A program made the translations under genes and the position numbers. A model generated the notes under the pieces. It did not search any database. It was not told the origin of the DNA and was given only the letters and a program-made list of their open reading frames with translations. Shown piece by piece: positions 39,375-55,200 of a DNA stretch of 64,000 nt. The stretch is from Neocallimastix sp. 'constans'. Its lineage: Eukaryota. The DNA is taken from the NCBI GenBank assembly GCA_050613775.1, contig JBODTK010000107.1, positions 124,001 to 188,000 on the forward strand. The letters run 5' to 3'. The stretch's first letter is position 1. Each line of letters opens with the position of its first letter.

Positions 39375-40359
39375 TTAAGCAACTGAATAAGGTGGTGGTC
39401 TTGGAAGATCACGTCTAAACCTCCAACGACCTTCCATTTCATATAAATCGTCATTCGATTCTGTAGTTAAACCAGTTCTTGGTTTAATTGATGGTGCAGC
39501 TTTTATTGTTGAATTAGGTGCGGTATTACCTCTTGGTGGTGGTGGTGGAGCTTTAGTTCCTGTCTTTGAAGGTACCAATGGAGCATTCCTTTTAGGTGGT
39601 GGGGGAGGTGAACTTTTAGGCTTTCTTGCTGGGGGTGGAGGAGGATTAGAAGAACTTATTGGTGGTACAGGTATGGTTCTAGCTGGTGGAGGAGGAGGAT
39701 TAGAAGAACTTGTTGGTGGTACAGGAATGGTTCTAACTGGTGGTGGTGGAGGATTAGAAGAACTTGTTGGTGGTACAGGAATGGTTCTAACTGGTGGTGG
39801 TGGAGGATTAGAAGAACTTGTTGGTGGTACAGGAATGGTTCTAGCTGGTGGTGGTGGTGGATTAGAAGAACTTGTTGGTGGTACAGGAATGGTTCTAGCT
39901 GGTGGTGGTGGTGGATTAGAAGAACTTGTTGGTGGTACAGGAATGGTTCTAGCTGGTGGTGGTGGTGGATTAGATGAACTTGTTGGAGGAATAGGAATAG
40001 ATCTAGATGGAGGATTTAACGATGAATTGGCTTTTGGTGGAAGTGAGGGTGTTGAATTATTTGCTCTTGGTATAGCAGCACCAGTTTTACGAAGTTGTGG
40101 CATACCACCAGCAAATAATCCAGCTAATGGATTACCTGGTGGTGGACCACCACTACTGGCAGATGGTCTATTAGACCCACCCATGCTGCTGCCTCCTGAA
40201 GAAATACCACCGATACCTATTCTCAATTTAATTTATATTATTTATTAAATTGATAAATTACAGTTTATATAAAAATAAATATATTATTATATATTATAAG
40301 ATATTTTTAACTAAATTAGAATCTTTATAAATATAAAAAGTATAGAAATTTTTTTCAAT

Positions 40360-40390
<31 letters not shown>

Positions 40391-40800
40391 CCTTTACTAT
40401 CAATAAATGCAGCACTCCGGTCATTCTTTTCTGAATCCTTTACTTTTCTAAGTTTTTTACCTTTTTCGATATCTTTTAATAAATTGGTTCTTCCTTTTGT
40501 GGAAGGTGGCGGCATACTAACAGTAATTGGTGGTGGTGGTGGTCCTGGGACTATAATATTTGTTATCATTTAATTTTTTTATATATAATAATATAATATT
40601 TTTATTGGTTAAATTAAAATTTTATATTAAATTTTATTATGTTTATTGTTAAATTAAATACATTTCATCATTTATTATATATTATATGCAAAAATATATG
40701 TTAAAAATTCAGAATAAAATATATATATATATATTATTAAATATTATTTTGTTTGTATTTTTTCTTCTGTATTACCTGGAGGAGGAGGAGGAGGTACCAT
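39375..40800 (-). CDS. Verprolin/WIP-like proline-rich actin regulator (WH2 domain, WASP-binding tail), 3 exons
   Basis: MVPPPPPPP start, WH2 GRTNLLKDIEKGKKLRKV..NDRSA, LAGLFAGGMPQLRKT, poly-Pro repeats, C-terminal EGRWRFRRDLPRPPPY resembling the WIP ESRFYF..DLPPPEPY motif. Confidence 0.85.
39630..40000 (-). repeat. Coding minisatellite, about 7 x 54 bp (SSSNPPPPPARTIPVPPT)
   Basis: 54-bp period seen directly (acagga at 39721, 39775, ...). Confidence 0.95.
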
Positions 40801-40871
40801 TTTTTTTATTGTTAATTTTAATATATATTAATTTGTTCTTTTTAGGTAATAATTTATTTGTATGTTTATAT

Positions 40872-40904
<33 letters not shown>

Positions 40905-41314
40905 TCTAAAATACTGAAAATTTTTATTTATTATATAAAAAAAAATAATAATAAAAATAAAATAAAAATAAAAAACAAAATAAGTTTGGTAATTTATCAT
41001 ATATTGTGTTAATCATTTAAAATTATATATTAATTAAATATTCCTCTATTTTGCTTTTTTTATTATTTTATTTTTTTTTTTTTATTTCTTTTATTCTTTT
41101 TAAAATAATAAACTAGAATTTTTAATTCAATATTTTATTTACATCATAAATATGAATTAATTATTTTTATTATGTTATTTTATTTTTAGTTTATTGTTTA
41201 TTATTTTTGTTATTTATTATTTAATAATATTTTTTTATTTTTCGTTTCAATAATTAATGTGAAAGACTTCAAATAATAAATAAAACATATTAACATTATA
41301 TTTCTCCCGATGCT

Positions 41315-41353
<39 letters not shown>

Positions 41354-42459
41354 AAAGTTTTATTTATCCATATTTCTTTCTCGTATTAAATTATTATTCA
41401 TTTGTAGAGTTTAATTTAATTATTTTTTATATTATTAATTATTTTTATGCTTATTCTTATCATTCATGTCTTTTTTGATACGATTATTTCAATTTGAAAT
41501 TATTATCTAGTAATTTATATTTTATATAATTATTTGAACATATACATATACATTTTAAATTTATATTATAATAAATTATTTGAACATATTCATATACATT
41601 TTATATTATATTATAATTAATTATACATATACATTTTAAATTTATATTATTTAAATGGATATATAACTTTTCGTTTATTACTCCAATAAATGCAATTACA
41701 TATCATTATTCAATAAATATGATTTTTAAATTTATTTTTACCCTTACAATTAATATATTTTTTCTTTATAAAAAAACAATAAATATGTTTAAATTTGTTA
41801 ATTGTAAACAAAATAATAGTTCTATTTTTTTATTTTATTATTAAAAAAAAAAAAATATAGAAAAAAAATTTTTATTAAAATATGTAATATATAAAAATAT
41901 TATAAAATAAAATTTAAAATAATAATATAATAATAATAAAATTATTTTAATTTTATATTTGATTATATTATTTTATATTATATAATTATATTATTTATTT
42001 ATTCTTTTATTATTTTATTCTAATTATTTTTTATTCAATAACTATGTAAAACAATATTTTATGAATATTTTTTAAATATTTTATAGTTTTATACATTTTT
42101 ATGAATTGTTTCTATTATTTTATATAATATATTTATTGATTAACAATTTTAACTTTTATAACTTGAAAAATGGTAATAGTTTTTATTAGTGTTAAAAAAA
42201 TATTTATATTATTAATAATTTTTCATTAGTATATACTTTTTTTTTATAACCACATTTCGAAATAATTAAACTACTAATCGAAAATATGTGATTAAAATTT
42301 TATTTGTTATAAAATATTTAATTTCAATTTTTTTTTTTTTTTTTTTTTTTAATAAAAATAAATTTTTATGATATATAATCGGTTAATATTAATATTAAAG
42401 AAAAATAATATTAAAGAAAAATAAAAAAAAAATCAATTAATTCTAGTTGAAAATAAAAT

Positions 42460-43579
<1,120 letters not shown>

Positions 43580-43968
43580 TCTAAATAATATTAAAAATTT
43601 TTAAAATAACATTATATATATACTAATTATAAATTATTTGTTGGGTATGTCTAATTAGGATAAAAATATTAATAATTTATTTGTATAATACTATTTACTA
43701 TATAATTGTTTATAAATAATTATTTTATTATATTTTGTTAAAATATAATTATTTACACATAATTATTTTATTTTATTTTATTAGAATATAAGATATTATA
43801 TATATTATACACATATATTATTAAATATATTAGGCTGAATTTTAAAATTTAATTATAATTTATTAAAAAAAATAAATAATAAAAAAAAATTTTTTTTACT
43901 GAAGTAATTTTGATAATTTTTAAAAAAAGAATTAAAAATATATTCAAACAAATATATTATTATAATCT

Positions 43969-44714
43969 ATGAATTTTAATAATAATAATAATAATAAAGA
44001 TAATAATATCAATTATTATATAAATCAGGCTAGTAGTAATGGGCCATATTATCAATTTCAATTTGTACCCCCTCCTAAATTACCTTTTCAAAACAATATA
44101 CCCAGTACTTTAAAAGATGGTTTAACTGGTAATGGAACAACCACAACTTCAACTATATTAAATCAAAGTAACTCTCAAAGCAGTTATTTAAATTATTTTA
44201 ATTATACTAATATAACAATACCTAAAGTAAATGATATTCAAAACCCAATTTCATTTAATTCTGCAAATGTTAAACAGGAAGAAATAAAAAAAGATATTGA
44301 AAGTGATTTAAAAAATAAAAATCAAATTATAAAAAATCCATACCTTTTGAATTATATTGAAAAAGATAAAAAGTGGTTTGAAAAATGGTATACTAACGAA
44401 GATAAGAATAATATTAATGAAATAAATTCCTTTAAGAAAGTTAAATATTTGGATGTAATTAATTCGTTTTTAGAAGTCTACAAGAATATTGAAGAAATGA
44501 AAAAAATTAAAAATCAATTAGAAAATAAAGAAGATCCTAAAAAAATTGAACTTTCATTATCCAATTTTAACGAAAAAATAAATAAATTTAATTCTTTAAA
44601 GGTATAAAAAAAAAAAAAAAAATTAAATATATATATATATATATATATATAATAATTATTATTAAAAAATTAAAAATGCAATATTTCATTATTATTAGCA
44701 TTATTATTATATTG

Positions 44715-44760
<46 letters not shown>

Positions 44761-45947
44761 AAAAATAATTTAATATGCAGAAATTTAATTTTGAATTTTT
44801 TATTATTTACTTTTTAGGATTCTATATCAACAAAACTTAAAAATCTTAATAATGTAAATTCAATTTCTAATTGGAAGTTTAAAAAAAATAAAATGAAAAA
44901 GAAAAGAGTATGTTAAAAATGTTATGTTATTCTAAATATTTTACAATCAATTTTGTTATATTTTGTTAATACTTAAAATATTTCAAAATTAAAATTGTAA
45001 TTTATGTTAATTTTTTTTTTTTTTTTACAAAAATACAAAAATTTTATGTCTTGTAGTCTCATGAAAAAAAGAAATCAAAAATTAAAGAATTAATAATTGA
45101 AGAAAAATCTAAAGTAGATAATAATAAAGATAATCATAAAGAACTTGAAATAAAAGATATGAATTACTCAAAAGATATAAATAATAAATCTACAAGTAAA
45201 ATAAAGGAAAAAGTATATAATAAACCAATTTACTAATTTATCATATTTCAATAGTATATATATTTTATAATTTCAAAAATATATATATATATTTAATAAT
45301 GTATTATTTATATTTATATACTTTTTATATATGCATATAAATTTAAAAGGAATTATTTAATATTGATAGTTTGATTAAAAAACAAAGAACTGAGAAAAAT
45401 TTAGATTTAATCGATTGTCAGAATTTGATTGACATGATTCAAAAGCTACAAAAAATTAGAAATATTAGAAGATCAAAGGAAGTAAAAAGGCAAAATATTT
45501 CATTCTTTGAAAATAACCCTGAAATATTAAAGATCGAAGAAAGAATTGAAGCACTTAGTGAAGCAATTAAACCAATAAAGAGAAAAAAGAAAAAAAATAA
45601 AACTAATCATAATACTAATACTAATATTAATAATGTTAAAAAGGATATAAATAATTATAATGACAATGTAACCCGAAATTCATTGTTATTAAATACCCAA
45701 GTTGAAAATAATATTAAAAAGAATTTTAATATTCCAGTAAATAAAGCGCCTATAGCAATTAAAAAAAGAAAAATTTATCATTTTACCGAGAAAAATAGAA
45801 AATTATTGAAAATTAAATGTGAACCCTATAGCAATATTTATGAATATTTTAATAATACCAAATTAACCATGAAATCATTAATATACATAAGGTAATAGTA
45901 ACAATATTATTAATATTAAAAATAATAATATCAATAGTGTTAATAGT

Positions 45948-46036
<89 letters not shown>

Positions 46037-46402
46037 TACAATGATATTGGTAATAATGATAATATATATATATATATATATATATTTATTTATTTATTTA
46101 TTTATTTGTATTTATTTGAATCTATAGGAAAGAGTGGGACAGGTATATTGTTAAAGAAGGTGGAACCTCAATACCTCCTCATTTTGTTAAACCAGGTAAA
46201 ATACATATGTTTATTTTATTTTAAAATATTTAATTGTAAATTTAACATTTCTTATTTCTTGTTTTTTATTTATTTACTTATTTATTTATTTATTTATGTA
46301 TTTACTTATTTATTTTGATATACTTATTTATATTTTATTATTGAAGATCCACCCGCTTCAATTTATTGGGCTCAATATTTAGTTAATGAAAACAAAAAGT
46401 AA
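43969..46402 (+). CDS. PDCD7: PDCD7-like protein (U11/U12 snRNP 59K), 6 exons
   Basis: Coiled-coil IQKLQKIRNIRR and C-terminal LIYIR|KEWDRYIVKEGGTSIPPHFVKP|DPPASIYWAQYL resemble the PDCD7 LIQIRHEWDQYLV...P.GWVLPP.PS..IW motif. Confidence 0.7.
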
Positions 46403-47557
46403 AAATAATTAGTTTTTATGAACCTATTATGAACCTATTATTTTTATTCATAATTCTATGATTTATTAGTCAAATATGAAGAAAAAAAATCAGTTTAATA
46501 TTTCAATCATAGTTTTTTTATAAAATTAGAATTATATAAATAAATAAAACTGTATTATTTTAGAAATATTAAATGATTTAGTAATTATTTATTATTAATT
46601 ATTAATTATTAATTATTTATTTATTTGTTTATTTTTCTTTTTTTATATTAATATATATATCATTTTTATTATTAATATTTTTTCTAAGGTAATTAATATG
46701 ACATCTTTTTGTAAATAGAAATTAATATATTAAAAAAAAAAAAAAATAATAAAAACAATGTTTAAATTATTTCGAAATTCTATTTGACAGAATTTAATTT
46801 ATTTGTATAATAATAAATAAAGTTATTTAATATATATTTATATTAAAACTAAAGTTTTACAGGATTTATTATTTATTTATTTTTTTATAATAAAATGAAA
46901 ATTTTAAAAATAAAAAAATAAAATAAACAAAACGCATAGTAAAAATCAATCAAAAATAATAGAATTAAGGAAATAAATATATAATAATAAAATATATAAA
47001 TAAAAAAAAAAGGAGGAAGATAAAATTCATAATTTATTTGAACTACATCGTTAAATATAATTACATTAAAAAACAACTTTTATATTTGAAGAGAATATTT
47101 CGGGGAAATATTATATATATATATCAAATAATATTATTAAAAAGTTATTGAAAAATTCAAAATTGAAAACTTGTAAAAAGAAAAAGCTATACATATAATT
47201 TTTTAAAATAAAGAATTTTTATTTGTAAAAGTATTTTTTTTTTTTTTTATTTATTTATTTATAACATTAAATAAATATTAGAAACAAATTAAAGATATAT
47301 ATTATTACAAAATCGTATTAATATTTTTAAAATAAAAAATTAATAAAGAATATATATATATATATAATATATATTTTATATATATATATATTTTTTTCAA
47401 TTTTTTAATAAAAAGAATATAATTAAATATTTATATATATATTTATATATTTATTTTTTATTTTTATATTGAAAAATAGCATTAATATTAATTATCAAAT
47501 AAAGTAAAAAAAAAAAAAATCATAGATAAATATATATATAATATCAAGTTAAGGAAA

Positions 47558-49537
47558 ATGGCTTTACTTTGGTCATCAACAAAAGAAAATTTTAAGACAA
47601 TTGTTGAAACAATTGCTCAAAAGTTTATGAAACTTATGGGATTATTTTTAATGTGTCTTGTTGTTATCCTATTTTCAATAGCGCTATATGCTTACTTTTC
47701 AACATTACTACCTTCAGAATTAGATTATTTCTTTGGTACTGAACCCAAATTATCAAGAACTATATTTGCTTCAATACAATCCATATGTAGTATATATCTT
47801 GTTATTCTTATGTTATTCAATTACTATCAATGTTTAACTACAGATCCAGGAACAGTTGATAAACAACAATATTTACGTTGGAAGAAAATTGATAATTATT
47901 TAAAAAAGCAACAGGAAAGAAATCAACAAAATGAAGAAAATGCAAATCAAAATAATGATGAAACTCTTGAAATTCAAAGTTCCTCAAGTACATATTTAAA
48001 TATACCGAACGAACAAGATAATATTGTCATTGATATAGAAAAAGACGAGGAACAACAATTATTAAATGATGATTTTGATGAAAATGTAATTATTAACACT
48101 TAAAAAAAAAAAAAAAAAAAAAAATTAACGTATATGAAAAAAAAAATTAAATTTTAATTTAAATTTAATAATAAACTAAATATAATATTCATTTTAATTA
48201 TAATAAGATGGATATAGATGCTTGTATGGAGGAATTAGGAGATTTTCCAGATTATAGTAATATGTTCATATGTAAAAATTGTATGTATTATATGAATTAT
48301 TTATTTAATAATTGATATAATTTCAATTTTATACAAATTAAAAAATAATATATTTATTTTATTTAACAAATAATTTTTATATAAATATTTTTAGGTAAAG
48401 TAGCAAAACCTCCTAGGACTCACCATTGTAAAATTTGTAACAAGTAATTTTGATTTAAAATTCAATAATAATAAATATAAATTAAATAAAATATAATAAT
48501 AATAATTTTATAATATATATATATACAAACCTTATTTAAAAATTATTAAAATAGATGCCAACTAAGAATGGACCATCATGTAAGTATAATAAATAAATAT
48601 ATATTATTTTTGTATAATGAATAATCATTTAATAAAATACCAATTTCTGATTTATTTAAATATTTATATATATTAAATAAATTAATAAATATTTATTTAA
48701 TTATTTTATTTACACTTATTAATAGTGTCCTGTAAGTATATAAATATGAAAATAAAAAATTTTAAAAGTATTATTATTATATAATAATCAATATTTAATG
48801 TTCAAAATTTTATATTTTATCAAATATATGAAATAAAAAAAATTTTTAATAGTGGGTTAATAATTGTGTTGGATATTACAACCATAGATACTTTGTTTTA
48901 TTCTTACAATATTTGTTTATTGGTAATTTATACTTCGCATTATTATCAATAAACCCAATATATGAAGCATATAAAAAAGTTCAGGTAAAATTCATATATA
49001 TATATATATTTTAATATATTATTAATACATTCTCTTTATTTTAATTATATTTTATTTAAAATAAATAATAGAATAATATAATCCCATTTGAAACAATTCC
49101 GGAATTATTCTTATTTTTTATTATTATTTTGAATATATCTTTAATATTCTGTGTTGGTGGATTATACTTCTTCCATTTGTATTTATTACTAACAAGTAAA
49201 TAACATTAATTTTTTTTATTTTTAATAATACATATATATATATATATATATTTATTTTATCAGTTTATAACTAAAATATGTAAATTTATATATTAATTAT
49301 TTATATTATTAAGATCAAACTACTATTGAATATAGTGAAAATGAATATTATAATAAGGAAGCAAAAAAAGATGGAAACGTTTTTGTAAATGAATTTGATT
49401 TAGGATATAAAACAAATTTTAAAATGTTCTTTAATATTGGTATAAAAACGTAAATATTTAAAAAAAAAAAAATTTATACTAAAACATTTAATATACTATA
49501 TATAATATTAAATAAAATATTAATATATTATTGTTAC

Positions 49538-49568
<31 letters not shown>

Positions 49569-49798
49569 TTTAGTCCATGGTGGTTAATGTTACTTCCAGT
49601 AAAAGTTCCACCATATGGTATGTTATGCTAATTAATAATACAAAAATACAAAAAAAAAAAAAAATTTTTAATTAATAATTTATTTTTTTTTAAATATATA
49701 TATATATTTAATTAGGTGATGGTATAAATTATCCAACTGTAGCTGATAATGTTCAATTAAGAGAATTACCATCAAATGCTGTATTAATAAAGCATTAA
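47558..49798 (+). CDS. DHHC palmitoyl acyltransferase (ZDHHC16-like), 9 exons
   Basis: TM segments, TDPG, CKNCKVAKPPRTHHCKICNKCQLRMDHH|CP|WVNNCVGYYNHRYFVLF, QTTIE, NEFDLGYKTNF. Confidence 0.93.
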
Positions 49799-50462
49799 AG
49801 AACTTTCATCAAATAAAAAAAAATTTTTTTTATTTTTTTTTAAATATATATATTGAGTTAAATTATAAATAAAACAAAGAAGTTTATAAACAAAGAAGTT
49901 TATATATTTATATATAGAATTATCATTATTTAATTTCCATTTATATATATATATATATACTTATATATATTATATATATATATAATATAAAAATAAAAAT
50001 AAAAATATATCTACAATAAAAATAATTAGAAAGAATAATATTCATAACTATTTATAACAAAAGATAAAAATAAATAAATAAATAAATAAAAGAAAAGTTA
50101 ACATAATAAATTTAATTTATTATGTTCATTATTAATAATAATAAAAAATAAAATAAAATAAAAATAAAAAAATTAATAATACATATTATATATAAATTAT
50201 TATTATTATTTTTATTAATTTTTATTTTTATATTATATTTGCATTAAAATAACGATTATTTATACATTTATATTTTCCATATTCTTCTTCTTCTTATTAT
50301 TATTATTATTATTTTTATTTATTAAAAATATATATATATCCATATACATATTTAATAATATTAAATAAAAACCAATATAGTATTTTACTATAATTAAAAT
50401 TAATTTTGTTATTATTAATAACGAATTTTTTTTTTTTTTTTTATAATATATTCATTTTAATA

Positions 50463-50684
50463 TTATTGCATCATTGAACTATCATCATTTGTGATATTTA
50501 TGTAAGGACTATTATTATCATTAATATTAATTAATGCAACCATATTATTATTCATTTCTCTTCTAAATACAACGAGATTCTAAAAAAAAAAAAAAAAATT
50601 AAAGGATTATTAATATATAAAATAATAATGTTAATATTAATAATACATTTTATTATAAATATAAAAATGATTTATTTTGAAATA

Positions 50685-50723
<39 letters not shown>

Positions 50724-53095
50724 CAACATTATTATTTTATTTTATTTTATTTTTATTAATACTTTATTATTATATACTATTATTTTACTATTTATTTTAT
50801 TTTATTTTTCTTTATAATTTAAACTTACTTGAGTAAAGGTATCCCTGTTTTTGTTAGAAAGGTTATTTTCTACATTTTCCATTAAATTTGCTAATTGCTA
50901 TTTTTTTTTTTTTTTTTTTTTTTTTTTAGTAGTAGTTATACATTATTAATAAATTATGAATAAATTTTAATTTTAAATAATTATATATATATATATATAT
51001 AATTATTAATAATATTGTTTAATATAATTATTAATAATAAATAATATATTACCTGTGAAAAGTATTCTTTTCTTTCTGGTATTTGGCATTGAATTAACTT
51101 TGTTGTGTATGATAAAAATTCCTACATTATTTTTATTATTATTAGTATATATTATATGTTATTTATTATTTTATTTATTTATTCTTTATTTATTACTAAT
51201 TTTTTATTTTATTTTTTATTTTTTTATTTAATTTTATTTTATTTTACTTTATTTTATTTTAATTATTATTTTTATTTTATTTTATTTATAACATATATAA
51301 CTATACAATAAATATACCTCTTTTGCTAAAAGTATTAAACCTAATAATGGTCGGGAGTAAGACCAATTATTTGGACAATCTTCAAAAATAACGACATCTA
51401 ATAGATTGTGAAGAAGATAAGCAAGAATTTGTGGATATTGTTTTAAGAATTCAACAATAATATGTGGTTTACTATTTGAATTAATACTTTTTTCATTTTC
51501 TTTAAATACAGTTGTACAAATTTGATTAATAACAGCACAAGCTTCTGTGGATATAGAATTATTAAATAATTTAATTCCTTCCGCACATGATTTTATAATA
51601 TATAAGAAAGCTTCTGAATTGAAATTATCGGAATCCATCATCTGATCATTACTAAATGTTTCCAATAATGAAAAATGTGCCTATTTTTATAATATATAAA
51701 AAATAAATATATTTTTTAAAAAAATTTTTCTATCAATATTTTATTTTATTTTAATTATTATATTTAAAATTATAAAATTATAAAAAAAAAAAAATAAAAT
51801 AAAATAAAATAAAATAAAATAAAATAAAATAAAATAAAATAAAATAAAATAAAATAAAATAAAATAAAATAAAATAAAATAAAATAAAATAAAATAAAAT
51901 AAAATAAAATAAAATAAAATAAAATAAAATAAAATAAAATAAAATAAAATAAAATAAAATAAAATAAAATAAAATAAAATAAAATAAAATAAAATAAAAT
52001 AAAATAAAATAAAATAAAATAAAATAAAATAAAATAAAAATAAATAGTAGAATATTAAATATAAAGTACAGATTGAATAAAATAAAATAAAATAAAATAA
52101 AATAAAATAAAATAAAAATAAATAGTAGAATATTAAATATAAAGTACAGATTGAATAAAATAAAATAAAATAAAATAAAATAAAATAAAATAAAATAAAA
52201 TAAAATAAAATAAAATAAAATAAAATAAAATAAAATAAAATAAAATAAAAATAAATAGTAGAATATTAAATATAAAGTACAGATTGAATAAAATAAAATA
52301 AAATAAAATAAAATAAAATAAAATAAAATAAAATAAAATAAAATAAAATAAAATAAAATAAAATAAAATAAAATAAAATAATACCTTTGAAAGTTTTGGA
52401 ATATTCTTTTTAGTAATAATTATTATTTAATAAATAAATATATTAATAAAAAGATTAATAAATAATATATATAAGTAAATTTATTATTATTTATTAATTT
52501 ATTTATCTTTTTATTAATTATTATACATTACAATCATATCAGTTAAAGGAACAGAAAGCATTAATTTATAATATGTATTTATAGCTTCTATTAATGCCTT
52601 ATCCCCATATCTTTTAATAAATAATTAAAAAAAAAAAAAAAATTAACAAAAAAATTTTATGTTTCAATTATTCATATTTATAAAATATTAAGTAAATGAA
52701 TTAATATTAATTACAGTTTCATAATTCCAAAACTAATATATTTTCCTTTCAATGAATTTTCAAGAATATTACTATAATTATTAAAAAATAAAATAAAATT
52801 AACTTTAATATTTAATATTAAATAAATAAATAAAATAATGAGTTTAAAAGAAAAAATTATTGATAAAACAAAACAAAACAAAACAAAAAAAAAGGAAAAA
52901 AAAAAAGGAAAAAAAAAGGAAAAAAAAAAAATACATACAAACAAATAGTTATTCCTTTATATATATCAGTATATTTTCTATCTTCGGTTGTTACACGAGT
53001 TAATAATAAATTACCATAAGTACAAAGTATTTTAGAAATTTCCCTGAATAATAAGATTCTATTTTTGTGTTCAAGTTTTATAGATTATTAGATTA

Positions 53096-53136
<41 letters not shown>

Positions 53137-53954
53137 GAATTATTCATTAATAAATATATATATATATATTTCGCATTTGTATTAATATATATATATAATG
53201 AAAATTAAATAATTAAATAATTACCCATTTGCTGATGTAATTTCAAAGTTTAATCTTGAAGAACGGTTGTTTGCAAGTTCTGATAAAAATCTTAATACTG
53301 TAATAGATACTGGGTGATCATAATTGGATTCAACAGCTTTTAAAATTACATCATGATATGGGTAAATCCAATCAAAGAACAACCAGAAGTTTCTCTTTTG
53401 ATTACATGTCATAGAAAAACCTCTTTAATAAAGTTAAATATTAAATAAAATTTATCTATTAGTTTATGAATATATAGAGAGTTTTTTTCTTCATTAAATA
53501 ATAATAATAATGATGATAATGATAATGATAATAAAAATGATAATAATATATATTTATACAAGTATTATTACCTTAAATCTCTAAATAAACCTTCTATTAT
53601 ACACTGTTTTCGTTACCATTTTATTCATTATTATTATTATAAAATAATATAATAATTATAATGATAATAATAATAAAATCATTTATTAATAAGTATAAAT
53701 TAAATATAAATATATATATAAATATATATATAATTATCATAAATGAAAATAAAATACTTACTCTAACATTTTCTTGTCTAAAACTTTCGATATCATTTAA
53801 TTTTTCTAATTCCTTTAATTTCATATCATGATTTTTGAAAAATTCATTAAATTCAGTTTCATATGTATCATCTGCAAATAGTAATCTTGATAATGACGAA
53901 TAATACTATTTTAATATTATTTAAATTTATAAATATTCAGAATAATTATTTTAC

Positions 53955-53994
<40 letters not shown>

Positions 53995-54219
53995 TAATAA
54001 TAATAATAATAATAATAATTATTATTATTATTAAAAAAAAAAAAAAAAAAAAAAAAATATGTATTATATATATATATATATCTTGATAGCTTCATTATCA
54101 TACTGTCATTCTATTTTTCTTAAAGTTTTTTGGAATATTTAAAAATTGAAAATCATAATGGTTTGCTAAAATATATTTAGCGGAATCTAATTTTCTAATT
54201 ATCCTTACTGATGAATAAC

Positions 54220-54256
<37 letters not shown>

Positions 54257-55163
54257 GTTATAAATAATAATAATTTAAATATTATATATATAAATTTTTA
54301 AAATTATTTTTATTAATAAAATTATATTATAATTTTAATACAATTATTACAATATGAAAATAATACAAATATTTATATGTACTAACCCTGATGTTAAATC
54401 ATTAAATAAATTTAATGTTTCTGAAATAATTGTTTCATCTTGTGCCCAACATTTTAAATTAGTTATACTAAAAATTAGATATAAAAATTATAAATAAATA
54501 TTTTATTTAGAATGTTTAAATGTATAAATGTCATAATTTTTTTTTTTTTTTATAAAAGAAATAAATAAATTTTTACATTTTTTGGAAGATATAATCCATT
54601 AATGAATATTGATCATTAATTGAAAACATATCAGCTAATGGTTGGTAAACCTATAATATATTATGAGACATCCACATTTTTTTTTATTATTTATTATTTA
54701 CGGATTAATTAATTAAATATTTTTATTTATATTAATATATACCTTTGAGGTTCTTTGATTAGTATCACCTATTGAATTAAAAATATAATTAAAAATAAAA
54801 TTAATATTTTATTTACTTATTTATTTATCTAATTATAATTATAATATATAAAAATATTAAAAATATACCTATATAGCTTTTTCTAAAGTTACTAAAGAAA
54901 TAAAGGAATGACATTTCTAATTTATCATTTGGTATAAACATTGGTTTCTAAAATAAAATATTTTATTAATTAATATAAATTTAATATAAATTTATTAACA
55001 ATTTTTTTTTTTTTTTTTTTTTTTTTTAATAATATTGAATATTTTTATATTTACTTGCGTCATCCACATTTGATTTAAATTTAATAATTGCATGACCTTA
55101 CAACATAATTCTTTTTATTATATCATAATTTAAAATTATATATTAATTAATACATAAAGCATA

Positions 55164-55200
<37 letters not shown>

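Noticed and set aside
39673..40248. Gly-rich + strand ORF
   Set aside because: Antisense shadow of the proline-rich verprolin exon.
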